Origin: Selaginella moellendorffii
Lineage: Eukaryota > Plantae > Lycopodiophyta
Direction of reading: 5' to 3'
Assembly (NCBI RefSeq): GCF_000143415.4
Contig: NW_003314280.1
Coordinates: 1,781,549-1,845,548 of the forward strand
Length of the DNA stretch: 64,000 bases
Part shown: positions 39,569-52,129 of the stretch, one piece after another
Layout: every line of letters starts with the position of its first letter
How positions within the stretch are numbered: position 1 is the first letter of the stretch
The notes under the pieces: model-generated
The model's database searches: none
Told to the model about the DNA's origin: nothing
The model's input: only the letters and a program-made list of their open reading frames with translations
Program-made: the position numbers and the translations under genes

Positions 39569-41786
39569 ATGGCGTTGTTGCCTGCCGCTTCCAGGTACGT
39601 GGTTTGCTCGTTCTATTCTCTCTCTCGTTTTCATTCTTTCGTCTGGTTTTCACTGCAGCGGGGTCTTCTTCTGGGAACATCAACCAGCACTGTTGAGAAG
39701 ATTTAGCTGCATTGTATGCTGCTCTAAGACAGTCAAAGGTAACTCATTGTTTTTCGCATTCTTTGATCCATTGCCTCCTGTCCAACAGGTGACTTGAAAA
39801 CGTTTCCAACGGATGTACGAGCACCAGCTTCACTTGAGAGCCGCGAAAGCCAGCATGCGACACTTTCTTGTGCTGAAACTATCGCAGCCATTGTCACTCC
39901 ACTCTGTGGCAAGCAAGGAGCGGTGGCGATTGTCAGGATGTCTGGGCCATCTGCGGTTTCGGTGGCTCAAGCCATATTTCGTCCGTTGAGGAAGAAGAAG
40001 TGGATTCCTCAGAGCCACAGAGTGGTCTACGGTACGATCATTGAATATCCAAAGGAAACTATTATAGATGAGGTGAGCTCCAAACCATTTTTCTTTCTTT
40101 CCATTTTTCATTTGTATCTCCAGGTTATTATCGTTCCAATGCTGGCGCCGCGATCATATACGAGGGAAGATGTTGTAGAGATTCAGTGTCACGGTGGCGA
40201 CGTTTGTGTTCGTAGAATCCTCGACCTTTGTCTTCAACACGGTGCAAGGCTCGCACAGCCAGGTTCGTTCGACTTGAAGCAAAAAACAGCGATTAACTGA
40301 TTGTTCCGCTCAGGAGAATTCACTTTGCGCGCATTTCTCAATGGCCGGATCGATCTATCGCAGGCGGAGAATGTGGCGCAGCTGGTGTCTGCGAAGACCG
40401 CCTCGGCAGCAGAAACAGCGCTTGCTGGACTCCAGGCACGCAAAATATTTGTGACAATCGTGAGAAAGCTCTCCTCTCTGGTTTGAACTCGCAGGGAGGC
40501 CTGTCCAACTTTGTCCGTTCCATGCGCTCCCAGTGCATCGAGCTTCTGGCAGAGATCGACGCTCACGTCGACTTTGAGGACGAGCTCGCACCTCTCGACG
40601 TGGACAAAATCATGGAAGCCGTGGGAAGTGTCTCGGCGCAAGTGGAGCAAGCGCTGGAAACTGCCGCTCGGGGCCGTTTGCTCCAGTCAGGAATCCAGGT
40701 AACTCAAAAAGCTAGAAAGTTTCCCAACTTGGAAGCTTACATCTATTCGTACAGGTTGCAATCGTGGGACGTCCAAACGTGGGGAAGTCGAGCCTGTTGA
40801 ACGGATGGAGCCAAGTAGGTACGTTGCGCTTTCGCTCTCATCAGTACCACGGAGCTAACCAGGGAGAGATTTTTCTTTCCTTTTCTCGCTAGAGCGAGAG
40901 AGCAATAGTGACCGACGTGGCTGGCACTACTCGCGATATTGTGGAGGCTGATGTTGTCGTGAGCGGTGTGCCAGTGAGGCTCTTGGACACTGCTGGGATC
41001 CGAATCACCGAGGACCCTGTGGAAAGCATCGGTGAGTACGATATGGGACTCAATCGCCATCTTACACTTAAAGAAACTTTGAGCAGGGGTACAACGGTCC
41101 CAGGCAGCTGCAACGGGTGCCGACGTCCTGGTCATGGTAATCAACGCTTGCGACGGGTGGACCACTGGGGACAAGCTCATCTTTGATCATACTCTACAAC
41201 AGGTATCTTTTTTTCTTCGTCTCTACCAATTTCTTAATTCAATCAGTCCGGAACTTCCTTCTTTTCAGGCTCTTCGCGAGCAGCCTTGGATCCTGGTGAT
41301 GAACAAGATTGATCAGGTGTGTGAAGGAGACGTAACCATACCGGAAGACGTGAGAGCAGCGTTCTCGGCCGTGGTGTCCACGTGTGCCGTCAAAGAGGCG
41401 CTCGACATCGACAAGCTAGACACGGCTCTAGCCGCCTTGATTGCTGCCGGGGGTGACGTCTTCTCGGCTGGCCAGCAACACTGGGCAGTAAACGAGGTAA
41501 GTTTGCGTAACAGACGTTTAGAGAGAGTGCAAGAGATTTAAAAGCTTTCAGGTACCTTTTTTTCTTACTGTGCGCTTTCTTCGTTCTCCAGAGGCAGAAG
41601 GAGCAGCTAATCCGAGCGAAACAGGCGCTGGAGCGGCTGAGGCAGTCAGCTCACGAGGAGCTGCCAGTGGACTTGTGGACCGTAGATCTGCGCGACACCA
41701 TCCTGGCCCTGGGACAGATCAGCGGCGACGATGTGTCTGAGGAGGTTCTGGCGAATATTTTCAGTCGCTTTTGCATCGGGAAATGA
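39569..41786 (+). CDS. mnmE: tRNA modification GTPase MnmE/TrmE (organellar), multi-exon
   Basis: [67 protein letters not shown], terminal FCIGK*. Confidence 0.96.
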
Positions 41787-41829
41787 ATGCAGGGGATGAG
41801 GATCACAGGAACTTACAGGAAGAAATCAA

Positions 41830-44800
41830 AGAGAGGAAGAACAGAAAAGGAAGAAGAAGAAGAAGAGTGTACGGCAGAGCGAGCACCACAAATGCAGGAG
41901 CCTCACGTGAAAGTTAGGAATGTGGTCAGATCTTATGCAGGCCTCCTTCAAATATGGAAAGCATCTCTGCCTCTCTTTTTGCTTCTTTTATTTAAGAAAG
42001 GAACGTTTTTTTATCGGGTGATGGCTTGCTTCCCTGTGAGAACAAGGAGCACGACTACCTCACTCTCTGGACTGGTTCCCGTGTGACACGAACGGGTGAC
42101 AAAAGGTGGCAAACTACAACACAGCAGTGGGAGAAAGAATTTATGTGCGCTTGATCTTCCGAATCACTGAGCAAGCAAGGGATGCAAGAAAGGGTCAGAC
42201 ATTGCTTTGAAAGAGGCAGCGGGTGGGAAGGAGGTCTCCTTCAATCTCTTCAATTCATCTTTCAAAGGGGGGCCATGCACAGGACAAGGGGACACATGAA
42301 TGTCCAAGAGATATATCAAAGAGTTGGCGGGGGCAAGGAGAAAGAAAGAAAGACAAGAGCTTTTTGGAAGTGATACGCTCAACCTGGCTGGACTATGCAA
42401 GAAGATCAGAAGGGGAGCTTTTGCTGCGTTGGGATTGTTAAATGCAGCTCTGGGAAATTAAGGCGTGGAAGCCAGGACAGGCGGTTGTGTGTAAAAACAA
42501 GAGAGAAAGTGCAAACAAGAAAGAAGAGCACTGACCTGTTTTGTTTTGAGTTGAGCAGATTGATCAGGCTAATGTCTCCGGAGATATAGAGATCCAATCC
42601 ATTCATCACCATGGTGGCGACGAGTTTCACGGGTTTCTCCGCTCGCCACCTTTTAAAGCGGCCTGCAAGAAGAAACGAAATCGCCATGAGTTACTTACGA
42701 CATAAATTTCCCTCCAGGCCTGGGGGGAAATAACGGACAAGAAATGGCTAACATTTACGAAACTAGTTCCTCCCCGCAACAGGACGAGCAACGACGCCAA
42801 GCTATTTACGAGCACGGATACGCCAAAGATACATATTTACGCTCATGATCATCACTCCAGCCACATGAAAAAGAATGTGTGTTGTACCCGCGAGCTTGGC
42901 TTGCAAGATATACAATAAGAAACTCCAAAGCAAATGCAAGGGAAAAGAAGAAGGATTCAGCAAGATGAAAAGGAATTCATTTCAAGTTGCAACGCCACAG
43001 ATCCATATGCATTCAATGGAGGAGCCAGAAGGGAAATTTATGCTCTTAAAGGCACAGGCCGTCGGGAGAGAGCTTCATGATTTGACTCCAAGCGGCCGGA
43101 CACAGAGCCACAACCGCACCACCATTTAAAACACTAGAGCTCCAAGCGATCCCTCACTTCCTGAATCCTCCTCACTCTCCCACTGACCTTCACATTGGAG
43201 CATTTATGTTGTAACATACCACGCCCCACCTTCTGGCGCGGCCGAGGCATGGCCAGCGAGCAACAGTCCTCCTGCACAGTGGGGACGGGCAAGCAGAGGG
43301 GGAGTTAAAACAAAGTTCCAGAAGTTAAGGATCACTCACTGCTAACAACGAAAGGAAACAAAAAAACCACCTGATCCTAGCTCATGAACCACGAACTTGT
43401 AGATGCTCTGTGGAATCCACGGAAGCCTCTCCTTCCACCTCCTAGAAACAACGACGTGAGGATTTGGCCACCAGTCAGTAAATGGCGAAAAGGAGAAAAG
43501 GTCCAAAACTTAAAAAAAAACAAAACTTGTACCCGAGAGGCTCCACTTTCCTTCTGAAAGATACCTTCTCCACTGCTGTTTAGGCTACAGAGCACACCTA
43601 TTAGCTGCAACGTTACCGTCCAAAAACCTGCAAAGAACAGGAAAAAAAGAAAAACACCTCGCTTTCGCGAGACAGACTAATCAACCAAACATACGGAAGC
43701 ATCCTACCCATCCAAACGACATCAGCATCTGAACTGGGTGCGCTTACACGCATCTCAGCGCACCAGAGCGGCTTCTCGACTTATTGCGGATCGGCATCAG
43801 GTAAATTCCCTTCTTAAGCTTCCTTTCTGGTTATTAGCAGTTAGCATCCGTCTTCCTCTCCTCGTGGAAGCTGTGTCTGCGCCTGTGTATCACAAAGTTT
43901 ACACTTTTCAATGCTGTATATAAATACATTAGACAACCTTTACCTTAGCAGCCAAAGCTTGGCTGACGCAAGAAAGTGTGACAGGATGAGGCAATGCGCT
44001 CCATGTGCGATCCACCACCTTAAGAACATCGCCATCCGTGGATTCATTGGGATCGGTCACCCTTACCGACTTGCTGTGCTTAATTATCCTGGAAACTCAT
44101 CCCGTTCACAGCTACTGGATACAGGCTCAACTTAAAGGAAAGGAGCACGAAAAGCTTACCAAATTAAACATTGGCCGGATGGAATCTTTTATACCTCCTC
44201 CTCCGTTTGTTCGTCCCTTCGTCCCAAGACCATTTAGTTATGCTATGTCTTGCCTGCACACCCAAACGCACAACATGTGAGATTGAATAATACCTACAAG
44301 TACGAAAGTAAAGAGAATTACCTGGTTTCCAAGCAGGATTGACGAAAGTGCAATGCAATCTATGTACGCTTTGGAAAGCCAAAGGAGAAAGTGAGATTAT
44401 AATAAAAGTGTGTGTAATGTAAACACCGCACCTTGAATAATCTATCTCCAAAGCCGTCTTTCGGCTTTGTATATGCGCAACGGCAGTTTCCCTCTCCGAT
44501 ACATGGGCTTAAAAGCCTCTCAGCTCAGATATCCGCCCTGCACAAACACAACAGACGCGCACGGTTCGGTGGTTTGTCACGAACGAATGAAGAGAAACAA
44601 AAACAATTTAAGAAAACGAAACGAGAGGGAGAGAGGAACGCAACAAACCATAAGCAGCTGACAAGAGCATTCACCACCGGCGAAGCAAAGTGGAGCCAGA
44701 TATGTGAAGCTGCCAAAAACCAAACACCGTGGACATATGCCCAACATTAGGAACACAACAAATGCCCAACAACACGGAGCGCGAGAAAAGCGAGTCCAGA

Positions 44801-45110
44801 CAAACACAAAGAGACCCTCCAGAAGAAGCTCGATCATATACCTGGTGTGTCCACGGAATTAAAGAGCTTAGATATAGAAAGAAAGAAGAGTGAAGAAGAA
44901 CATTAAACAAACAAAAGAAAGAAAGCATCATACATACACTGGGATCCAGATCACACCGAGTTCTCCTCTCACACACAGCGCGCGAGCGCTGTTCTTGAGG
45001 AGCGAAATCTCCCAGCTCTCTTGCTCGCGAATAGATAGCTACCTCTCTCTCTCTCTCTTTCTTTCTCCCTCGTCCAAAGCCCCTGAAAGCACACCAGGGA
45101 AGCCCATCAG
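41830..45110 (-). ncRNA. Candidate multi-exon long non-coding transcript
   Basis: Series of minus-strand GT/AG sites with T-rich introns and a GA-rich first exon, but no long or recognisable ORF. Confidence 0.35.
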
Positions 45111-45321
45111 ATCACCACGGAGCTCGATGGTTCTATATGTATATTCCTGTGTTGTTCTTCGTGTTGTAACTATGTACCCGGTCTCTCTGCGTTGAGAATT
45201 CCCCCGCGTCGTGGCTTCTCGAGTCGCAGCTTGGAACTTGAAAAAACTGCTGCAACGGGTATTCACAAGCTGTCCATGCGCGGGTTTTTCCATGATCGCA
45301 GCCGCTTTCTTCGCCTTCTGC

Positions 45322-46183
45322 TCATGCTGCATGATCTCCTTGATCTTGGACCTTCACCCATTCGAATCTTCCTGGCAAAGGACGCTCGTTGGCAACATCG
45401 AAGTTGTATCTGCGAGAAAGAAGAGAAAAGACGCATGGCATGAGATCCTTGAGCACAAAGACCCATCGAGTCTTGTCTACCTCTCCGTGAATAGCTTGTG
45501 CTGCACCTTGTCCATCTGGCCTTCGAGCTCCCCGAGAAACGCGTCCACTTCGTCGGCGCTAGGAGCCGGCAATCTCTCCGGCTTTATGCTCGCCAGCGTT
45601 GGCTTCGTGTAGACTGTCCGACTGGCTCTTCCCGTGACGCGTTTGGAGGCCTTGAGGAGGTTCCTGGGACCGTAGCGCCCGCCATAGCGACTGTGATGGA
45701 AGAAAAGAAACGAAACAAAAGCTCATGAATTTCTGTGAATTCTCGTCTTTGCAAGCGCAGATGTGTACCTCGAGCCCTCCTCCTCCTTCAACTTCAAACT
45801 GCTGATGTGCTCACGTTCTTCCGGTTGGAAGCGCTTCCTCTCCTGTTCCCAAAACGAAAAAAGAAAGCAAAGCCTCGTTAGTCCGGGATCACGAGAACGA
45901 AGGACACAATTCCCAACAAGAATCTCTCAGATCTACAAGGCAGTGGAGCAAAGTCACGAATCACGACCTCTTGCGGCTCGTCCGTGGTGTCAACGCTGAG
46001 CGTGGAGTGCGACGACGACGAGCTACACCCGGAAATCGATGTAAAGCCCGCCTTTTCGACGAATTCCTCCTCCCGACGGGATATTTCGGAGAGATCATCC
46101 GGCGCCGCATGGAATTCCAGGGCGTCGATGACAGAATCGAAATCGGCGGCGATATACATTGGATCGGCGCCAGGGACCTGCAT
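45322..46183 (-). CDS. KRP: Cyclin-dependent kinase inhibitor (KIP-related protein, ICK/KRP), multi-exon
   Basis: Spliced C-terminus PSADEVDAFLGELEGQMDKVQHKLFTER|YNFDVANERPLPGRFEWVKV is the CDI domain; start codon uncertain. Confidence 0.88.
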
Positions 46184-48429
46184 TCTTACGGTATAGCGGA
46201 CGGAGGATCGAGATCAAGGAGAGAAGAGGGAGGGGAGAGAAGAAATATTTCGCTGGCGCTCCTCGAGATAACTGAAGCCAAGAACAGAGTGATCGATCCA
46301 ACTAGAACAAAGGAAAGAAGGATGCCGCACGCTCTCTCTATTCCCACATGCGCGCACTGCTACGGCGCCCTTACACCGCCCAGCGCCCAGTAGCTCCTGT
46401 CGAGATGCCAAAGCTATTACGCTCTAAATAAGAACCCTAAATTTCTCTTGAGGAGCCCGCCCGGAAAAACAAAGAAACGCCCTAAAAATAAAATGACGTC
46501 TTTAATGGTTGACCAAAAGCAAGACTGCCCCCCCGCCCTAACGAACTCAAACGGACGGCCCACGCTCGCCCCGCGGGGGCAACGTGGGACAAGCCACGCC
46601 CTTGGATGGGCCCAGGATATCCGTCTAGCCGGCAGGACAGGGACAGCACACATCATCAGTGACACGTCAGCGAAGCTCCCGCCAAAACCACACAGGCGGG
46701 AAGCGGGGAAGGGGGGAGGGCCCGTCCATGGCGTTAAGCAGGTGGGAGTTAATTTTGATAAGATCCAGGCGTTTTGGGCCATAGCATGGAAGCTAACTTG
46801 TAGTTAAAAAAGTGATTGTAATAGCAAGGCTAGGCTGACTGACGGAATGAGGAGATCGCCGTGAGATTGCCCAATGATGCATGGAGACGGCGCGTGACGG
46901 AGAATGCCGGGGATTGGGTGGCGGCATTGCATGTAAGTGGCATCGGAGTTATGGCCACGCCCGTCCGTGCGGCCCAAATTGACAATAATGGCCACCACGG
47001 GGTGGTGAGCTCATCTATCTGGAGTGACAAGACCAAGCAACAGAAATTTAGGGATTGTTTGGTTTTGGTTGTAGTAGCAGTGTGTGGAAGGAAGGAAAGG
47101 ATAGAAAAATCATAAGGTGGAAGGAAGGAAAGCCCTTTAGAGGCATGATGTTTGCGTGTAAAATGGGGCGGTGTGCCCAATTGCCCAAATGCCCGCTACT
47201 ATTGCTGCTCGCCCGGAGTTGGCCAAATGATAGTCGCTGCTTCGACAAGTCTGGCACCTCAAGGGTTTAGATCTCCCTGGAGCCACAATTGAGTGTCACA
47301 AGTGGAATGCATCATACATTCTTGGCACTGGAGAGGTAGAGCAAAGAAGAAGAAGAAAATTTAAAAAGTCAAAAATCAAAAATCAAAACCCCATTGGAAG
47401 CAAGAAACAGAGAAATAATAACTTCCAAATTTCCAAAACAGAAACCACCCAAAGCTAATTGAATCATGCGCAGCGTGACAATCTCGCCTCGGTGGCCGGC
47501 ATGATGGATGCCCCCAAGGCGGCATCGCGTGGAATATCCGCGGACCGACTAATAGTACGCTACACAATCAAGAGGTGGTGCCTTGTTTAGATTATCTCTA
47601 GGGCAACATCACAAAGATCTGCTGCCCTGTCCTGGCTCGAAACCCCGCGAAGAACTGGGCAAGCAAACACTAGTACCATGCGAGTCGTTAAAAGGTGCTA
47701 AAGGTGGTACCACCTTTTCATATACCCCACCACCATGCAAAAGTTTTGTTTGCATATATAAATGTCCCGCCACCTTTTTCCAGTATATGATATTTTGCCT
47801 GGCCTTGAATGTGGTGTCAGGCGTGAGGGTTTCTCATCGTTGAGCTATATGTACGGAGTGGACGAGTAAAGCTGGTTAGCCTCGCTTTTTGACCCGCTGC
47901 CATCTTCACTTTTTACCACCGGCAATCGGTTGATTTGTTTCGTGAAGCTGTTATATACCGTCAACGTTCGTCGGTCAACGTTCAACGCACTTACAACACC
48001 TTTCGTCAAACGCTGAATTTTTCTTGTTGTTTTGAAAGTTCGCCGCGCAGATCTATCTGTAGAACATGATGCCTGGGGATCGCGAATTAACAGCCTAGAT
48101 GAGAGAAACTATAATTTTTTCCTTGCTAGGCGATTGAACAGTCGGACACCCGATCTCAATAAGCCTGAGAGACTGAGCAGAGCAGACCAATTAAAAAAAA
48201 AATTCTCTAAAGAAGAGGAAGAAGCAAAGATTACATTTTGCTGCCACCACTAGGAAGCAAGGCTGCAGCGCTCACCCACAGCTTTAATGTTTGCGAGCAA
48301 TACAGTATTGCCTGGAAATCTCTGTATGAAAAAACCGGAGATCATAAATAATGGAGGGAGAAGAAGCAGCAGACTGAAAGAAGAAAAAGATAGAACTCCA
48401 GAAAGGAAAGAAAAAACTCTGGCAAATCT

Positions 48430-49826
48430 TCAGGGTGGCCTACACTGCGCTTGGAAAACTGGCAGCATGAGTTTTCTAACCGCTGTGTTGATGGCGATGG
48501 CGAGCGCGTCGGACTTTGAGCCGCCAACGTCCACCACCTTGTTCTCTTTGTCGTCGGCCTCGTCGCTTAGAAACGTATGATCGTCCACCGTGTCAAAGTA
48601 ATCCGGGCCTAGAAAGCTCGGCGACTTTGGAGGAGGGAGCCTCTTCTCGCCGGGAGGCTGCGGACAGCACCCCCGACCACACTGCGTCGGCACCTCGGGT
48701 CCGGTAAGTCCCCACAACGGGCTGGCAAAACGCGAAATGTTGTAAGAGAGTCCACCGTGAGGAAACTCGCCTCTGGTAAAGTTTGCGTTAGAGCTCGAGT
48801 TGAATCCAGTCGGATCCACCGCTTTGTAGCAGCTGAAGGCGCTGGCGGAGCGAGGAACCGGCTTCAAGACCGATGGGGGTCCCTGGAACGCCGCAGCAAC
48901 TCCGGTTTGCATGCTTTCCAGACTTTCCATAGCCGAGGAGGTGGCAGCATTGGCGCTGGAAGTGATCCCTCCTCCTCCTCCTCGCTCTCGCGACTCGGGG
49001 TTCACCACCTTGTAAACGATCGGTTTCTTCACTGCTGCTGCGGGAGGTGGCGGCGGAGGTGGCGGCGCTGGAGCCACCGACACCGATGATCTCGCCGCTC
49101 GGTTTGCCGGAGTTACGTCCAGAGCCAGCGACGAGGCGGCGGTGGTGATCACCTTGCAGCTGGCCTTGATCTTGTCGAGCGCCGCGGCGGAATCAGCAGT
49201 GGTGAGTTTGGATGATCTCGCGTCGTAGATGGTGGTGGGACGCCGCCCCAGCTCCTCGAGCGCGTACTTTCGACGTAGAGTCGAGTTCCAGTGGTTTTTT
49301 ATGGCGTTGTCCGTCCTCCCGGGCAGCATTCTGGCAATGGACGCCCACTTGTTGCCATGGATAGCGTGTGCCTTGACAATGGCGCGATCCTCCTCCTCTA
49401 CATTTAGCAGCGCGCCAGTTAGTTTAGCGGAGGGACACGCAAAGACTTTAGGGTTCTTGGGAGGGGGAGCAAGACAACGAACTACTCACCAGTGAAGGGT
49501 TTTCTCTTGACAACAGGATTGAGCTGATTGCACCAGCGCAGGCGGCACGATTTTCCCGACCGGCCCGGAATGCCGCGCGCGATGGAGCTCCAATTCCGCG
49601 CCCCAAATTTCTCCACCAGGCGGCTCAGCACCGCGTCCTCCTCGGGCGACCACGGCCCCTTGATCCTGTCCACGCTCGGAGCTGGAGCGCTGGGATTCTG
49701 ATCCATTACCAGCTGGGATTGTGGGGCGGCCGCTGGGATGGGTGCTGCTGCGCCATCGCTGGGCGGCGCCGCCGCCATCGCCGCCGAGGAGGACAGGGCC
49801 TCCTCCATGGCCGCCGCCGACTCCAT
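48430..49826 (-). CDS. R2R3-MYB transcription factor (MYB1/MYB109-like), one intron ~49399-49489
   Basis: [27 protein letters not shown]...[15 protein letters not shown]; [15 protein letters not shown]; [10 protein letters not shown] motif. Confidence 0.95.
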
Positions 49827-50013
49827 TGCAACTAACTAACACCCTCTACAGTGACAAACCCCCATTTCAACCCAGCCGGACAACCGCATAACTAAAATTA
49901 GCGGTTCTTCTTCTTCCATTTCCTAGTTAGCTTAATCTGCGTTTAAATATAATTAAGTGTCTAAATGATGCTTAGACTAGAACCCTAGAACCCTTAGAAA
50001 CTAGTATTTGGCC

Positions 50014-51974
50014 ATGAGTAATGCTGTGCTCTCCTCTGTGCTCTCGCATCCATTCTGTCCAGAGGTAATCGCCCCAGATTCGAGAGCGCTCGAGCATATC
50101 GACTCGATTTTGGCCAGGTTTGCGATGCCGTCGAGGAGCTATCGTCCCATTTCTCGCGAGTGGATTGCCTTGTGGCTTCCAACATGAGGCGCGTCCTCGG
50201 GGCCTATGCAAACGCGCGCATTGGGTCGCAAGTAAGTGGTTTGCTCGTTTTCTTTGCAAGGAGCTTAGATAGATTTTGGTGGAGCGCGCAGCACTTCAGT
50301 GGCTCTACCGGCTATGGCCACAATGACGCTGGTGGCAGAGAGGCGTTTGATAAGGCTTTTGCCGAGATCTTCCGCGCTGAAGCAGCGATCGTGAGGCCAC
50401 AGGTGCTTGATCTTTATAGCTTTCACTGCTTTCGAACTCTTTCAATGGGTGGGTGTGTGTGTGTTTTTCACAGTTTTTCTCAGGAACTCACGCGATCGCT
50501 TCAGCTCTTTATGCTGTTCTCCGGCCGGGTGACGAGGTATCCAGCATTTATGTCTTTTTGTTCTTGTGTTTCTTCCTCGGCATTTAACTTTTCTCATCAG
50601 CTGTTATCCGTGGCAGGAGCGCCTTATGATACACTCGAGGAAGTTATTGGCTTGCGAGGATCAAAAGGCCATGGATCGCTCAAAGAATTTGGGATCAGCT
50701 ACCGCGAAGTGCCAGTAAACTTTCTACTTCTTCCTAGTTTTGTTCTTCCTTTTTTACAACCATGAAACATGAAAACTGTGTTCACAGGTTACTGCTAAAG
50801 GTTGTCTTGACAAAACTGCGTTGGCAACATCTGTAACAAAGAAGACACAATGTGCCTTCATCCAAAGATCCTGCGGCTACTCGTGGCGAGAGACCTTGTC
50901 AATATCTGACATTCAAGCCGCAGTCACTCTCATCAAGGTAGCTCCGAGTTTGTAATTCCCGGCTTCCTAATTTTCATTCAACCAGGACCAAAATCCAAGC
51001 TGCGTGGTAATGGTTGACAACTGCTATGGAGAGTTCGTAGAGACCGTAGAGCCTACTGCCGTGGTATGGTTGTTTCTTACTACCTTTCGGAATGCCAGCG
51101 CTTCGTTTTGTTTTGTTCTAGGGAGCTGATATCGTCGCTGGAAGCTTGATAAAAAATCCCGGTGGTACAATCGCTCCTTGTGGAGGATACGTCGTTGGAA
51201 AGGCCGAGCTTGTTGCAGCGGCTGCTGCTCGGCTCTCTGCTCCAGGCATTGGAATTGATGCCGGGTCGGCTTCTGGTGATATCATGCGTTTGCTGGTGCA
51301 AGGACTCTTCCTAGCACCTCAAATGGTCGGGGAAGCCATCAAGGTAGAAAACTCTCGTTTTCCGTTTTTTTTCTCTCAGATATATGTACGTTCTATTTGT
51401 GGCAGGGTACACTGCTTGTAGCTGAAGTTCTAGCTAAAGAAGGCTACAAAGTCAGGCCGTCACAACGTGCCAAACGCTACGACACGATACAGGTTGGTGG
51501 CTCTAGATTGATAATTTGATTTTTTTTTTTTTGTTCCTTTCGCTGATGGAAGTGATTTTCCAGGCTGTAGAACTGGGAAGCCGAGAACGGCTACTAGCAT
51601 TTTGTGCCGCTGTTCAGCAATGCTGCCCGGTTGGAGCATATATTAAACCCACGGCTGGCGTGACCCCTGGCTATGAGTCCGAGGTAGCGTAAAGTTAAAA
51701 AGGGAGAGAATCCTTTGTTTGAAGCGCTTCATTCTACTTTCCAGGTTGTATTTGCTGATGGAACTTTCATAGATGGAAGCACGAGTGAGCTCTCCTGTGA
51801 TGGTCCTTTGAGGGAGCCTTTCATCGTCTTTTGCCAGGTAATCTGTTTTACAGGTAGCGTTTTCTTCACGCATATCTAATGTTTTTCTATGCATTTTTCT
51901 GGCAGGGAGGCACTCACTGGACTCACTGGGCTCTCACACTGGAGAAAGTTTTGCAAGCACTAAGAAAAGCTTGA
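50014..51974 (+). CDS. YnbB / aluminium-resistance (cystathionine beta-lyase/methionine gamma-lyase family) PLP-dependent protein, multi-exon
   Basis: HFSGSTGYGHNDAGGRE, RPQ|FFSGTHAI, GAPYDTLEEVIG, IQRSCGYSWR, VDNCYGEF, GSLIKNPGG, ADGTFIDGSTSELSCDGP, QGGTHW. Confidence 0.92.
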
Positions 51975-52129
51975 TCTGATCACAAGAAGCACGCACCTTG
52001 CAAAGAACACTCTGACAGCGAAATGGTTGCTCAACAAAGTATGTGATGTGAGTGTTTTTATTATTTTATTTCCACAGGCAAAAAAGAATGTCCTTTAAAG
52101 TCTCCTTTCTCGCTTCCTTTCTCGTTCGA

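Noticed and set aside
42500-42860. GTGATGA box-C-like motifs on the minus strand (possible C/D snoRNAs)
   Set aside because: No properly spaced CTGA box D with terminal stem or recognisable rRNA guide was seen
46341-46352. TCCCACATG resembling the snRNA/Pol III USE
   Set aside because: Imperfect match with no correctly spaced TATA or snRNA body; lies in the KRP upstream region
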